DNA from: Pristiophorus japonicus
Taxonomy: Eukaryota
Reading direction: 5' to 3'
DNA: 64,000 nt
NCBI RefSeq assembly: GCF_044704955.1
Contig: NC_091999.1
Location: forward strand, 65,286,001-65,350,000
In this document: in pieces, positions 1 to 11,891 of the stretch
Numbering within the stretch: the stretch's first letter is position 1
Layout of the letters: each line of letters begins with the position of its first letter
Position numbers and translations under genes: made by a program
Notes under the pieces: model-generated
Databases searched by the model: none
What the model saw: only the letters and a program-made list of their open reading frames with translations
What the model was told of the DNA's origin: nothing

Positions 1-284
1 AAACTTGATAATTTGGAGAGAGTTGGAATGGGAACAGGAGTTGAAGTAGATGCAGCATTGGCCTCCAAAATACAGCAGGTAGATGACTGTTTGGTGCGTA
101 CTACCTTTTTTCTCGAAGCTTGTTCTAAACTAAGACCTGGGAGCAATAGCAATTTTTTAAAAAATTTATAACTTCACTATATAATCTCATTAATTAACAT
201 AATTATAAATAACCGCTTGAAAAAAACTAACTAATTAAATTAATTCAGTGTATAAATAAGCAAATAAATAAAAACTAACTAAAG

Positions 285-1262
285 ATGGCAGTGCAGGTAA
301 TGAGCCGAGATTGTGGTGTGTATGAGTTTGTGGACAGCAAATCTGTCGCTCATTCCCACATCTGCAGGAAATATCTCTGCTGTATTCTCTCTGCCTCAGG
401 GTAATTGGGCTGGAGTGCACGTTCGACACACTCTGAAACACATAGGAGGATTAATTATTTCTGGATAGTTTAATCCAGAAAACAGTCACACCCCACAAAA
501 AGGAGCAGGTTCAGGAACGTCTGTGGCTGATCAGGTGTCTTGCAGCGAGAACTGAGGAGAGGCTGAGAATGAGACACTGCTTCTGTCCAACACGTACCTT
601 ATACTCGTTACCTTTAATGATAAGGATAAAGATTGCGTGGAGGACAGCCACAATACATACCAAGCTACGTGGCTCAAAAGTTTGTTCACAGGCAGAGATA
701 GGTAGAAATATGAAACAATTATTTTGCATCAGTATTTATCAAGGAGACAAAACAGGTGGACATGATATCGGGTGATATTAGAAATGAAATAACTGCATTT
801 AAAATAACAAGAGGAAAATATTATTGAAATTAATCAAACCGAAAACGGATAAAATGCTGGCTTCGGACGAATTACATCTAGGAAAGCAATAACAGAAGCA
901 TTATTAAATATATTTAATATTTCGTTAGAATAAGGTGCAGTGCCGGAGGATTGGCAGATACCTAATGTAATACCTATTTTTAAGAAGGGAGATAGAACGT
1001 ACCTGAGGAACTATAGTCCAGTCAACTTAGCATCGTTGAGAGGAAAAATAATGGAATCCCTAATAAAGGAGAAAGTGGAAGAACAACTAGAAACCAAAAA
1101 TGAATAGTGAGCATGGATTATAAAAGGGAAAGTCTTGAATTGACCAAATTCTTTGAATTTTTCGAAGAGGTAACAGATAGCATAAACTAACGTAATGTAG
1201 TAGTTGTAATTTAGTTGGATATACAAAGGCCTTCGATAAGATACCCCATAATAGACTGAAAG
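285..1262 (+). mobile_element. Old CR1 LINE fragment (ORF1 N-terminal zinc finger joined to an ORF2 piece)
   Basis: MAVQVMSRDCGVYEF..HICRK near 285; VPEDWQIPNVIPIFKKGDR..NYSPVNLAS near 940-1035. Confidence 0.7.
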
Positions 1263-1364
1263 GGCAGATCACAAATCGTAATTACAATTAATAATAATAA
1301 TTGGAATGTATTAAAATAGATTTAACAGATAATTAAAATGGATCCCACAGCCTGATTTTCAGAC

Positions 1365-3019
1365 TGTGGGAAGCATGTGTGGAATGTCTTCTGCAGAGGG
1401 GCAGATTTCCAATTCATAGACCAAAGGTCTTGGGACCTGGGCAAAGACACAGATAACGTAGAATTTGAATTCTACAACAAGATACAAGTTAAATAAAAAG
1501 AATCATAACAACATGTATCCTGAGTTTCCAATTAAAGCATATAGAGGCCAGATTGGAGGACGCAACCTACCAGTTAATCATATATTAATCAATCCGCACG
1601 TATTAATTGTAACTTGCATAATTATGTAATGCTATAATCTGAAACTGTATGAAATAAGATGTCTCTGGCAGTTTTTTTGAGCATTCCTTCAAGGATAGCT
1701 CCCCTGCTGGCTTGTATCTTTTATTAATAAAACCAGCATTTAATTTAAGGCAAACATACCCCGAGTGGTGGTTTGAAGTTCACCATATCAACTTGGCGCA
1801 CTCAGTGGGATCTACTTGCGGGCAGATTAGACTTAAAACGCCGAACCAACCTAACAACGAGTGAGTAGAGAGAAATTCTCCTCCCAAAGTAAACCAGAGA
1901 TCCATAGAATCTGAAGCAGAGTCCATGCAGCCATTAAATGCAGTTGAGGCGCTCGTCAGGACACTGTAAGTAAATACGTGTGTCTGGAGAATAAGTGCAT
2001 ATACAGGATATCGGGGAAAAAACCTCGGTGTAAATATTTCTGCATAAGTAAAGGCGGAAAAACAGTACTAGGTAAAAAGCCTTCGAGTAAAATGTTCCGC
2101 TTAAGTAAAGATGGTAAAACGGGAACTGAGGAAAAAGCCCCGGTGTAATAAATGGCAAAGGAATCTGCCAAGGCACTTGGAGGTTTGAGGTATAATATAC
2201 AAGAAGAGTTTCTGAGAGATAAATCTGAAAAGGTTAAGAAGATGGTTAAAGCAGGATAAGATGAAGGGAAAAAGATAATTTTAACAGCCGGAAAGATGAA
2301 TAGAAAGATACCCGAAGGTGAGATGGACAGAGAAAGTGACAAAAGACAACAGGATGTAAGTATAAAAATAGATATAGATGACAGAAGGGAATGGACAGAG
2401 GAATTTGGCCCACATTTCTATCCCCCACGAACAGGGTTATGATTAGGACCCGAGGAAAATAAAATATTAATTGGGGGCCAGAAGGCTCGCTTCGTAGATA
2501 TTTTTCAGAAGACCATAACAAAAACTCTTAGTGACTGTCTTAAGTGAAGTATGAATCGAAAAATAGAGCCGGCCAAACAGTAAGCTCTGTTGAAATAAGA
2601 GAGACTTATATGAATGTCTGTCTTTGAATGAAAGTACGTCTGTGATTTTTGACTGCGGAATATTTGAGGTGGGAATTAATGAATTTTTCATGAGTCTGAA
2701 AGCCTGCTTCACAAAGTGGTGGAGCTGTCTGTTGTTTTGGCCCCACCCACTTTTTCAGACAGAGTGATTTTTTTTAAGCCTTTGCAGTGTTGTCCTGTAT
2801 GAGGGAAGTTTTAAGCAAGTGTGAACCTAGAATTGAATTACATTTTAAGTTGTGGATTTATTCAGATGATACGTTATGGAGCTAGGAAATGCACAAAGGA
2901 TAGGTTTGTTGAGCAAAAGATACAAAATGCTTGGTCCGTTGGTATTTAAAAAAATTTCGACACGTTCACTTGTCAAAAGAATGCACGTAATCATTGAGTA
3001 CATTTGTTTGAAAGACAAT
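1365..3019 (+). mobile_element. Older related LTR element, 5' part (LTR-like region ending ~1790, PBS-like 1794-1811, internal region)
   Basis: AATAAA at 1726, then ..ATATCA followed by TGGCGCACTCAGTGGGAT. Positions 2510-2760 are the reverse-complement homolog of 7880-8250. The left boundary is uncertain. Confidence 0.65.
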
Positions 3020-3672
3020 TGTTAGCGCGAATGTCTTCCTGCAAGTATCACTCGACACTTTGTGTCGGTTCCAACACCAAAACGGCTTTTATTACGCCGG
3101 CGGGGAGAGAGTCTCTGATCAAACTCCAGACACACCACTCCACCGAACAAAGAAATCCATCGATATTTATATGTTTTACAAGAGTTCATTACAGTTACTT
3201 CAGCCCTCATCGGCTGGTCACAATCCAATCATAAAGATTATAGATTACATATAGGTTTCTTTAACCCAATAGAATAACCCTCAACCTCAGGGGCTGTATG
3301 TTCCGTTCCTTTCAGCTCGGGCTGATTAATGACCCTGTTATGTGATGCAGGCCTCCCCTTATCTCTGTTCCTCGGGGCTCTGCAGTGTGAACTCATTTAT
3401 TAAGGACATTCTATACCAGGTACCATAATGGATCGTTATAGTTATCTCGTCTCAAGCGGATGATCCAAGGCATTCCCGGCAGTGGTCCTCACAGGGTCAT
3501 TGCTCGGTCAGCCTCAGTCAACAGTTCATTGCTTGACTAACTGAGTTCCCATCAGGCTTGGGCAGCCATTTTATATTTGGCCATTTTAAACATATATGCG
3601 TATATATATATTCAGCAGGTGCCTAATGCCTAGTGTATAGATATATTCAGCAGGTGCTTAATGACTACAACA
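3020..3672 (-). repeat. 3' LTR
   Basis: Preceded on the minus strand by the PPT GAAAGGGGGGAAT (3685-3673). AATAAA at 3093-3088. Confidence 0.93.
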
Positions 3673-3851
3673 ATTCCCCCCTTTCAGTAAATGGAGTAAT
3701 CCTACTCCGCCTTTAACCGACCGCCCTACCTTTATTTGCTATTATGCACAGCCTGGTACTCCCTGCCTCAACGTGCTGGCCAGTCACGCGGTTACAGGAG
3801 TCCCGGTTGCTTAGATCAAATTGACAAAGGCCTAATCCTCCAGTCCCTCGA

Positions 3852-5540
3852 TTAGATAGGCCTGTTTAATATCCGGGGACCGAGCATGCATCCCTCTTCA
3901 TTGCGCGTGGTGCCTGCATGCCTGATCAATTGTATTACGGCCAGTATGTGTGAAATTATTCGACTCCAAGGATAGATGTTCACATTTATTCCCCAGTCCC
4001 AGACCTTTCTCCACCAATTCTGATTTTGTAAGTCTACATCGATATCTCCTTCCAGTACTTTGATTTTAGTTCGCAGTTGGTGGTAGAGCTTTACGGACTC
4101 ACCCAACCTGAGCTTCAATTCCCGTAATGGTTCGGTTAGATGTGGGAAAGGGACCTGATCTGGCGCGTCATAATCCTGCAACTAATCATGCAGCTGATAT
4201 ATTAATCGGTTATATTAATAACTTCGGGCTTCTGACGCCTAACCTGGGTGATATGTGCTTGCCCGATCGTGACAGGCCGTAGCGGCGCAAACCAAAAGTT
4301 CGGCTGCGATATGAGGCACTGCAGATCATTATACTGGTATGAACACTCTGTAGTAGAGACGCAGTACCTTCCCTTTCCTCCGTAGCCGGCCCTTGCAAAG
4401 TGCCTGTGTGCAGGCACTATATCTAGTACACATCCGTCGGCTCGGTTCAACCCGCACTCGTTTAGCTCCCCTCTGCCCACTGGGTGAGGACATACTGTGA
4501 TCTCCCCCCCTTTGCTTGCATCCTGTTAGGGAAATCCCGATAAGTATGGCGTTTTGGCGAACGGCGGAGGTGGTGGTCAGATATTAACGGATGGAGACAT
4601 TTTCCCGTATTACTCCGATATTCTCTAGTTGGTACAGGGGGAACGGCCCTGAGTCCAGCTTGGCTATAGCGATCATCAGGACTACCCTATCCCAGTATTA
4701 CTACCTATCTGGCAATCTGGAATCGCTGGGTATACTCGGGTCAGTCCCTTCAGAGTACAATTATCCAGTGTCCCCCTCTGGTTGGCCAACTGAACCAAAT
4801 GTGAACTGTCTATCCAATCGAGTACCTCCCCGCTTTGGATCTGATCGAGATTGTGGCGGATCTGTCCCACCATCCACAGGCCATAAGCATGACAGAGTTG
4901 CCCCTGTCTTTGCTTTCCGGTATCTTCTCTTTCTCTGTCAATTATGTGATTGATGGTTTTGGCGTGAGCTTCCAGGACTGAGATGCCATCCAGCTGGATT
5001 TCAGCACCCTCTTTTCCTAGGTTGGCTTGGTCATCCTGGTTTTGCTCCACCCTTTCTAATAACCGCTTCATCATCACTTTAAGCTGTTCCACCCTTTTCG
5101 TTTAACACTTGTATGTATAGCGAGTTTACTGCGGAGGTTTCTGCATTGAAGCCTGCAACAACATCATTAACTATTTCCCTCCTTATTCTGGGGGCTTACT
5201 CCTGTCCTCGGAGTCTACTGGCACCCATTGCATCGGCAGCCTGCAGCATTACGACTTTAATTAATACATTATACATTTTCCTTGACTGTTCTGTACAATA
5301 TTCCAGCATCTGGATGACTGAAATATTGAACAGGACAGGCACAATATCATGCTTAACAATATCATACAACAATTCCCCTTCGTTGAACAGTACGATTCAA
5401 TTTTCTGGTCCCTTAATAGTTATGGGGCATGGCAATTCCTCAGGCTGTGTGGTGGTTCTTTTGGTGCGCGGTGTCGCAGGGGGTGAGCAGAATACATACA
5501 TCGATATTGCGGCAGCCTGTACCTCCTCATAGTATCCACA
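3852..5540 (-). pseudogene. env: Decayed env / class I fusion glycoprotein (F-protein-like)
   Basis: The stitched frames give a furin site RIRR (5189-5178), then EIVNDVVAGFNAETSAVNSL, a long heptad helix, a Cys-rich block (GCKQRGEITVCPHPVG..ECGL..GCVL..YCVSTTEC..QC), a second heptad, Trp-rich NWWRKVWDW and the start of a TM. Several stops and frameshifts. Confidence 0.8.
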
Positions 5541-8500
5541 CAACCCCAGCCCTTTTTGTGGCTGACTAAATGTTGTGGTTGGGCCGGGAGCGCACAAATT
5601 CTCCCAAATACATTTATCGAGCCCCCTGGCCTGCCTTCGCCCAATGCAACTGCTCCTTGTACCCATGGAGCACTGCACGCATACTTTGTCCTTATTCAGG
5701 TTCACTTGCAGCCATGAATTAAAATAATTCCTGTCCTTGCTCCAGTCCTTGGCTGATGGGATGCATATTCCATCCGTTAAATTAATCAAGACTACATAGA
5801 CCATGTAGTTGTTTATTTCCTGAGTGTGCTGCAATCCGTTGGTATCATCCAGTGTATGCGTGGGTCTTAAGGTTCCCAATATTATGAGTTGAATCAGTTG
5901 CCGCCGTCCCATCTCGGTGAGTTTAATCTGGAATTTTAAACAGACAGCCTGGTCGTCACCAGCTGTTAGGTTCTGTTCGACTTGTGTCGCGGTCACTCTG
6001 TGGAATCGGAGGTAAGGATTAGATTATCCATATTCTTTATAGTCGTACCATCTATATCACTTCATGTCCCTGTCTGGGCTGCCGTCGGTTTTGGATTTGA
6101 GACTGCTGTGCTCGAGCCTGCACGATGACCCATCTAAATATTATAATAACTCCAATCAACACCAATTGCACCACTATTCCTCCAAACATCCCAGTCTGCT
6201 TTACTGTTAGGTTGGGTTTGTGTACTACACCTCTCCCCTGTGTGGTACATTGGCTCGATTGCCATCGGTATGGTGCTATGGCTGCACAATGCACTATCCG
6301 TCTGGTCCTGTTTTTAAAAATCTCTTCCAGGCTGTTTATCTTAACTTTTAATTCTTGACCAGCTCGTTCTGTTTTATTTTTATTCTGACTATCCCAGCAT
6401 TTCCTCTGTCTGTCAGGTGGGTTTTCTTTATTTTAGTAAGAAATACAAATTAGTAATGTCCAGTGTAAAACAGCTGTCAACTTAAAGGGTTAACTCCTTT
6501 ATAGGTTTGTAAGAAGGCCTGATGTGATTCGTGTAATCATGCAAATATTTGCGCCTTCAAAACTTGCTTATAAAATAGGAATCCGTTAAAGCAGAAATCA
6601 TTAGTAAAGTGGTCAGAATAAAACTCTTCTCAACAGAAAAGACAGCATTTTCGATTAATCTCCAAATTTTCTAAACTTCTAATTCAAGTACTTGCCAAAG
6701 ATTTTTTTTTAAGTGAGAAACTGAAATCCAATTTTCACACAAGCTGTATACATTCCAACATTTCGTTTTTTTTTAACGATTCTGTTCACTGGGTAAATCT
6801 TGTGATTTATTTCTCTCTCTGCTGAGTTTGCACAGCTCAGATCTTTTCTCCTCGGTTATTTTCAAAAAATAACCCTCCTGCTTGTTTAGACTGTTTGGGA
6901 CTTTTCTTGATCAACAACGTCCACTTTGGAAATCTTTTCAAACTGCAGTGAAACTTTCTCGTAATTTAAAATCATTATCAATGTAGAGTGTCTTTTACCT
7001 CCTCCAATTTTTTTTCCAATTAAACCAATATCTTTTTCACAGTCAATATCAATTAGTATTCCGTAAGTAATGTCTTTTTCCATCACAAACACCCCCTTTT
7101 TTTTCAACACCTAATTAGTACGTTACGTCTTTTTTTTTCAGATCACCTTTCTTCAATTAGTGTTTTACAGGGAGGGCTCGTGACTCCGTAAATTTGTTAA
7201 TTTAAAATCATCAGACAAACGAAGACACTTTTAACTTTCAAATTAGTTCAATATGTTTTCTTTCAAAGTTGCGTCTTTTTCCTTTTTTCCCCATATCTAG
7301 AACGGAGTCCAGCACGCAGGCTTTGTTGGCTGTTTTTCGTTGTCACAAAATGTTCCAGTTTCAAGGTCGTTAAAAAGTATTTTTCTAAACTGCTAAAGCT
7401 TGCTGTTTTAACATTTTCAAAAGTCTCTTTTACACATTCGCAGATAGCTCACCACTCGCCCGGGAGTTTGACCTGATCCATGAAGGTACTTCTAGATTGT
7501 TTTCAAACCGTTTAGTTTTATTTGCTCCTTTTTTCTTTAAGAGATCAGATTTAATTTAAAACTTTTAAAAAATTTGAATCCATCTCAGTATTTTGCTGTG
7601 CCTTCTCTTAACATCTCAAAATCCCAATTCAAATTTTGTAATTTCAATCTTTATTTAAAACTCTTTTTTTTTTAGCTAGAAGCTTGTTTTTAAAAGGCAT
7701 TATTTATCTCATTCCTAGACTAAATTTATGTCTTTCAGACCAATGTAATCCATCCTTTGTGCATTTCCAGCTCCGTAACCTTTAATCCGAATAAATCCAC
7801 ACCTGCGTTTCTAACTTAAAATGTCTTAACACTTCCCACATACAGGACAACACTACAAAGGGTTAAAAAAAACGTTCACACTGTTTGGAAAAGTGGGTGG
7901 AGCAAAAATAAACAGACAGTGGCACTACTCTTCCAAGCAGGCTTTCGGAAACATGCAAACATAAAAAATTCATTCCGCAGTCAAAAAATCACACAAGGCT
8001 CTCACTCAAACAAAGACATTCACAAAAGTCTCTCTTCATTAAACAAAGCTAATTAATTTTTTGGCCGGCTCTATTCTTGGGCTACATATGTCACTCAAGA
8101 TAGTCACTATCAACTTTTATTGCATTACTTAGTTGCGCAAATTACAATTAATGATATTCACAAAAGTCTCCTTTCATTCAACAACGTTTATTGTTTAGTT
8201 GGCTCTATTCTTGGATCCATACTTCACTTAAGATAATCACTGTCAGTTTTTTTTTATTTGTTACATATTGATTTACTTCCTCTGTTAATTTTACATGGGC
8301 TTGCAGTATCAAGACCACAGCCTTTTCATTTTTATCTTTCCTTTCCTTCTCCCACCATTCCCGCTGATTTGCTGGCGGGTCCTGGGGGTCCCACCCTGAT
8401 TAATCATCTTCTCAATTAGTTTATTTTGTTTTTCCGCCAGGTGGCGGGGAAGGGACCCTTCCCCACTCGAGGTTATTTGAATTATTGGCCATTCCTGGGT

Positions 8501-9015
8501 AGGACGAGAACCGTTAGGAATCTACTCTCAGAGGTTCACTTTCCACCGAGCGTAACTTGTAGTAGACCGTTTGCTGGCTACTGTCAGGTCACAAGTTCTG
8601 CTGTTACACAAACTTAAACAATTCTTAAAACGCGTTTAAGCAATTCCCGCAGTCCCCCATGCCTGCTTAACGAATACCTAACACCGTTTTGTCTGTTGGT
8701 CCGACCCTGCTCACAGGTTTGGTTTCCGTTGGTCGCTGCACACCACCTGGTCTCCGGGGTATATTTTCAAAGCACACTACTGGGTCTGGGAAGTGTCACT
8801 CGGTATCACGATCCCACGGTCGAATGTGTTTCCTACGCCTACTTATTTCCTGGCCGTCACGTGGGACTAAAGTCCTCTTAATTCAGGCTCAGTCTAGGCG
8901 TTTGAGATATTAGACCGTCTCCTCCTGTCGATCAACCGGCTTCACACACCCTTTATAATTAAACATTTTTTATACTCACCTGGGTTTTGCCAAGGGCGTC
9001 CAGCGACTCCGGGAA

Positions 9016-9033
9016 ATCCTGTTCATGACGCCA
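9016..9033 (-). promoter_or_regulatory. Primer binding site, tRNA-Ser(CGA)-type
   Basis: TGGCGTCATGAACAGGAT lies 1 nt from the LTR end and matches the complement of the 3' end of a vertebrate tRNA-Ser(CGA) (TGGCGTCACGAACAGGAT) at 17/18. Confidence 0.8.
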
Positions 9034-9034
9034 C

Positions 9035-9687
9035 TGTTAGCGCCAATGTTTTCCTGTAAGAATCACTCGACACTCTGTGTCGGTTCAAAAGCCAAAACGG
9101 CTTTTATTACGCCGGCGGGAAGAGAGCCTCTGGTCGAAGTCCAGGCACTCCACTCCAACGAACAAAGAAATCCATCGATATTTATATGTTTTACAATAGT
9201 TCATTACAGTTACTTCAGCCCACATCCGCTGGTCACAATCTAATCATAACGATTATAGATTACATATAGGTTTCTTTAACCCAATAGAATTCCTCTGATA
9301 CCTCAGGTGCTGTCTGTTCGGTTCTTTTCAGCTCGAGCTGATTCATGACCCTATTATGTGATGCAGGCCTCCCCTTACCTCTGTTCCTCTGGGCTCTTTG
9401 TGTGAAGTCATTGATTAAGGACATTCCATACCAGGTACTATAATGGTTCGTTATAGTTATCTTGTCTCAAGCAGATGATCCAAGGCATTCCCGGTTGTGG
9501 GCCTCACAGGGTAATTTCTCGGTCAGCCTCAATCAAAAGTTCATTGCTTCACTAACTGAGTTCCCATCATGCTTGGGCAGCCATTTTATATGTGGCCATT
9601 TTAAACATATATGCGCATAGATGTATTCAGCAGGTGCCTAATGACTAGTGTATAGATATATTCAGCAGGAGCGCAATGCCTACAACA
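9035..9687 (-). repeat. 5' LTR
   Basis: Colinear with 3020-3672 (about 90% identity by eye) and adjoins the PBS. Confidence 0.93.
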
Positions 9688-9692
9688 ACAAT

Positions 9693-11890
9693 ACATTTAT
9701 ACTAGGAATGAGATAAAGAACGGAGAAGGGAAATTTTAATGCCTTAAAAAATAAATGGCGTGGGTGTCTCGAGGTTGTGGGCTGGGGAAGTACACCCCCA
9801 TATTCCTTTGTGTAAAATCTTGATGCAAAATCTTCTAGCTCAGTAAAAAGATTTTTAAATAAAACTTTGGCAGTACAATATTTGAATTTGGATTTTGAGA
9901 TATTTCAGGTGATTCTCCTTGATAAACATTCTGGTTGTATTGGAAAATCTTGGGTTTGGAAATCTTTGAATAAAAGTAAACATACTGCGTCAGAAGCTGA
10001 AGCTTCAAAAGATGACATTCATGAGATACTTTATCACAAAATTGAACTTACAGCACAAAAGATTAGAGTTTTTGATGTTCAGCTTCTCAGATAGAAATTT
10101 GGCACGTAATTACAAAACAAGTACTTTGCATTCTGTGATCTGTGAATCACTATAAGCATAAATGATAAGTCCGAATAAAAACTAGTTTTACCATATTTGA
10201 CATTTCATAATCCAACAATAAATACAAATACTACAAAAGGGGAGCAGAAATTAGGATGGGAGCAGTGAAGAGTTAATTTTGTTGTGAAGATTTCAAGTAC
10301 CACTGTTTTAGAAAATACACAACAAAATGAGATGCATTTAAAATAAAAAAATAAATCTGAACTCTTCAAAAAAAAGAAATAAAACTATAATGTTCGGAAA
10401 CAATGTAGAGATACCTTCAGGGACCAGGTAAAACTCTTGGGCAAGTGGGCAGCTATCTGCGAAAGTGTAAAAGGGATTTTGAAAAAATGTAATTGTTAAA
10501 ACGGCAAGCTTTAGCAGTTTAGAACAAAGGAAAATATAAGTTGAACTTGTGACTTCAGATACGCTGGTTGAAGCACCACAGAAAGTGAGACGTAATGGCT
10601 TTGCATCTGGAACATTTGTGTTAATGGAAAGGAGCTATCAAAGCCTACATGCTAGACACTGTTCTAGTAATTCAAAATAATTTGAGATAACGGAAAGCAG
10701 GATTGAAAGTAAATCCCAAAAAGGCACAAATTGGACAAGCTGTCGCACAGAAACTGTGACACGAAATATCCCAAGGAACTAGGACAATGTCTAATGACAG
10801 GAAGGAGAACATTAGGATTATGCCCCGACCTAAACCAGTCTGAGGGGTGTGTAAGGTACTGGGGTTCTTTAGCTATTGCAGGAATTTTGCACCTAACCGC
10901 AGCAATTGCAGAACCAATAAAGTGGCTAGTGAAAGGAAAGTCCGGTTGAAATGGAAATGGTAAGACTCTAACTAAAGACCTGGAATATCCAGGATGTGTT
11001 TTATCAACAGAATATAAACGTGATCACCACCGTCCTGCCGATTCTATCAGGACAAGCAACAAGGCCGGTCCTGGGGGGCCAAGAAACTTTTACCCACACC
11101 GGAGGGTGCAACAACTACGTAAAGCAGCCCCTAGGGGGCGGCATCTGAGTGTCAGGAGCGTTTATCTTGAAGCCACAAGATTACTGTGCAAAACATGTAA
11201 CCTGAATATTGTAAACCAAGGGAATTAACCTTGGGAAATTGCGTGGTAGTTAAACCTGGAACAGAAGTAATGTTGTTATTTGACAATGTGCAGCATGAAA
11301 TGTTACCTATGAGCATAAATTTATCAACCTTATACCTGCCAGAAAAAAATAGCCACAGACTAAAGCATTGTAAATATGATTGCTGGACATAATCCTGATA
11401 ATAGCTAGTGATACATCAGGAGCAAGGGCGTAACACAAGCAACTATACACAAAGGAGGAAGACAAAGGTGAACTATAGCGAATGCCGTATTAAATGTACA
11501 GGGAATCTCAAGTATATGTACCAGATATACAGGTGATCCAGGCAGGATTAGATAGTTTGAGGATAACAACGGAGGTACTAATCAGGAAGCAGGCCAGGAT
11601 TGGGATAGCATCTTCAGAGTTAGGTTCTAAAACATCAAGAAAAATGCTAGGTGGGTGTATCCGTATTGGAAGGCCATGCACGAACAATTAACGAGCTAAT
11701 TAAGCAGGAATTGCGAGGACGATGCCGAGGATAGGAAAAGAGACACATGTCATGCCTGTGGGAGATGGATGATTGGTCAGGTGAGACACAATATGAATCA
11801 GATACAAACCGGGCGAGTTACAGATTCAACTAAATAGCAGCCAGTTGAAAGAAATTGCATAGCACACTGGGTCATTAGATGCATGCATCC
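9693..11890 (+). mobile_element. env: Older related LTR element, 3' part with env remnant, truncated by CR1
   Basis: LLFDNVQHEMLPMSINLSTLYLPE (11273-11344) and RKRDTCHACGRWMIGQVRHNMNQIQTGRV (from 11733) align with LLYDIVKHDIVPVLFNISVIQMLE and RQGQLCHAYGLWMVGQIRHNLDQIQSGEV of the inner env. Confidence 0.8.
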
Positions 11891-11891
11891 T

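Larger units (their letters stand above)
3020..9687 (-). mobile_element. Complete non-autonomous LTR retroelement/ERV carrying only env-like and small ORFs
   Basis: Two 653-bp TG..CA direct repeats, TSD ACAAT (3015-3019 and 9688-9692), PBS and PPT. No gag, PR, RT or IN motif was seen in the 5.36-kb interior. Confidence 0.93.
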
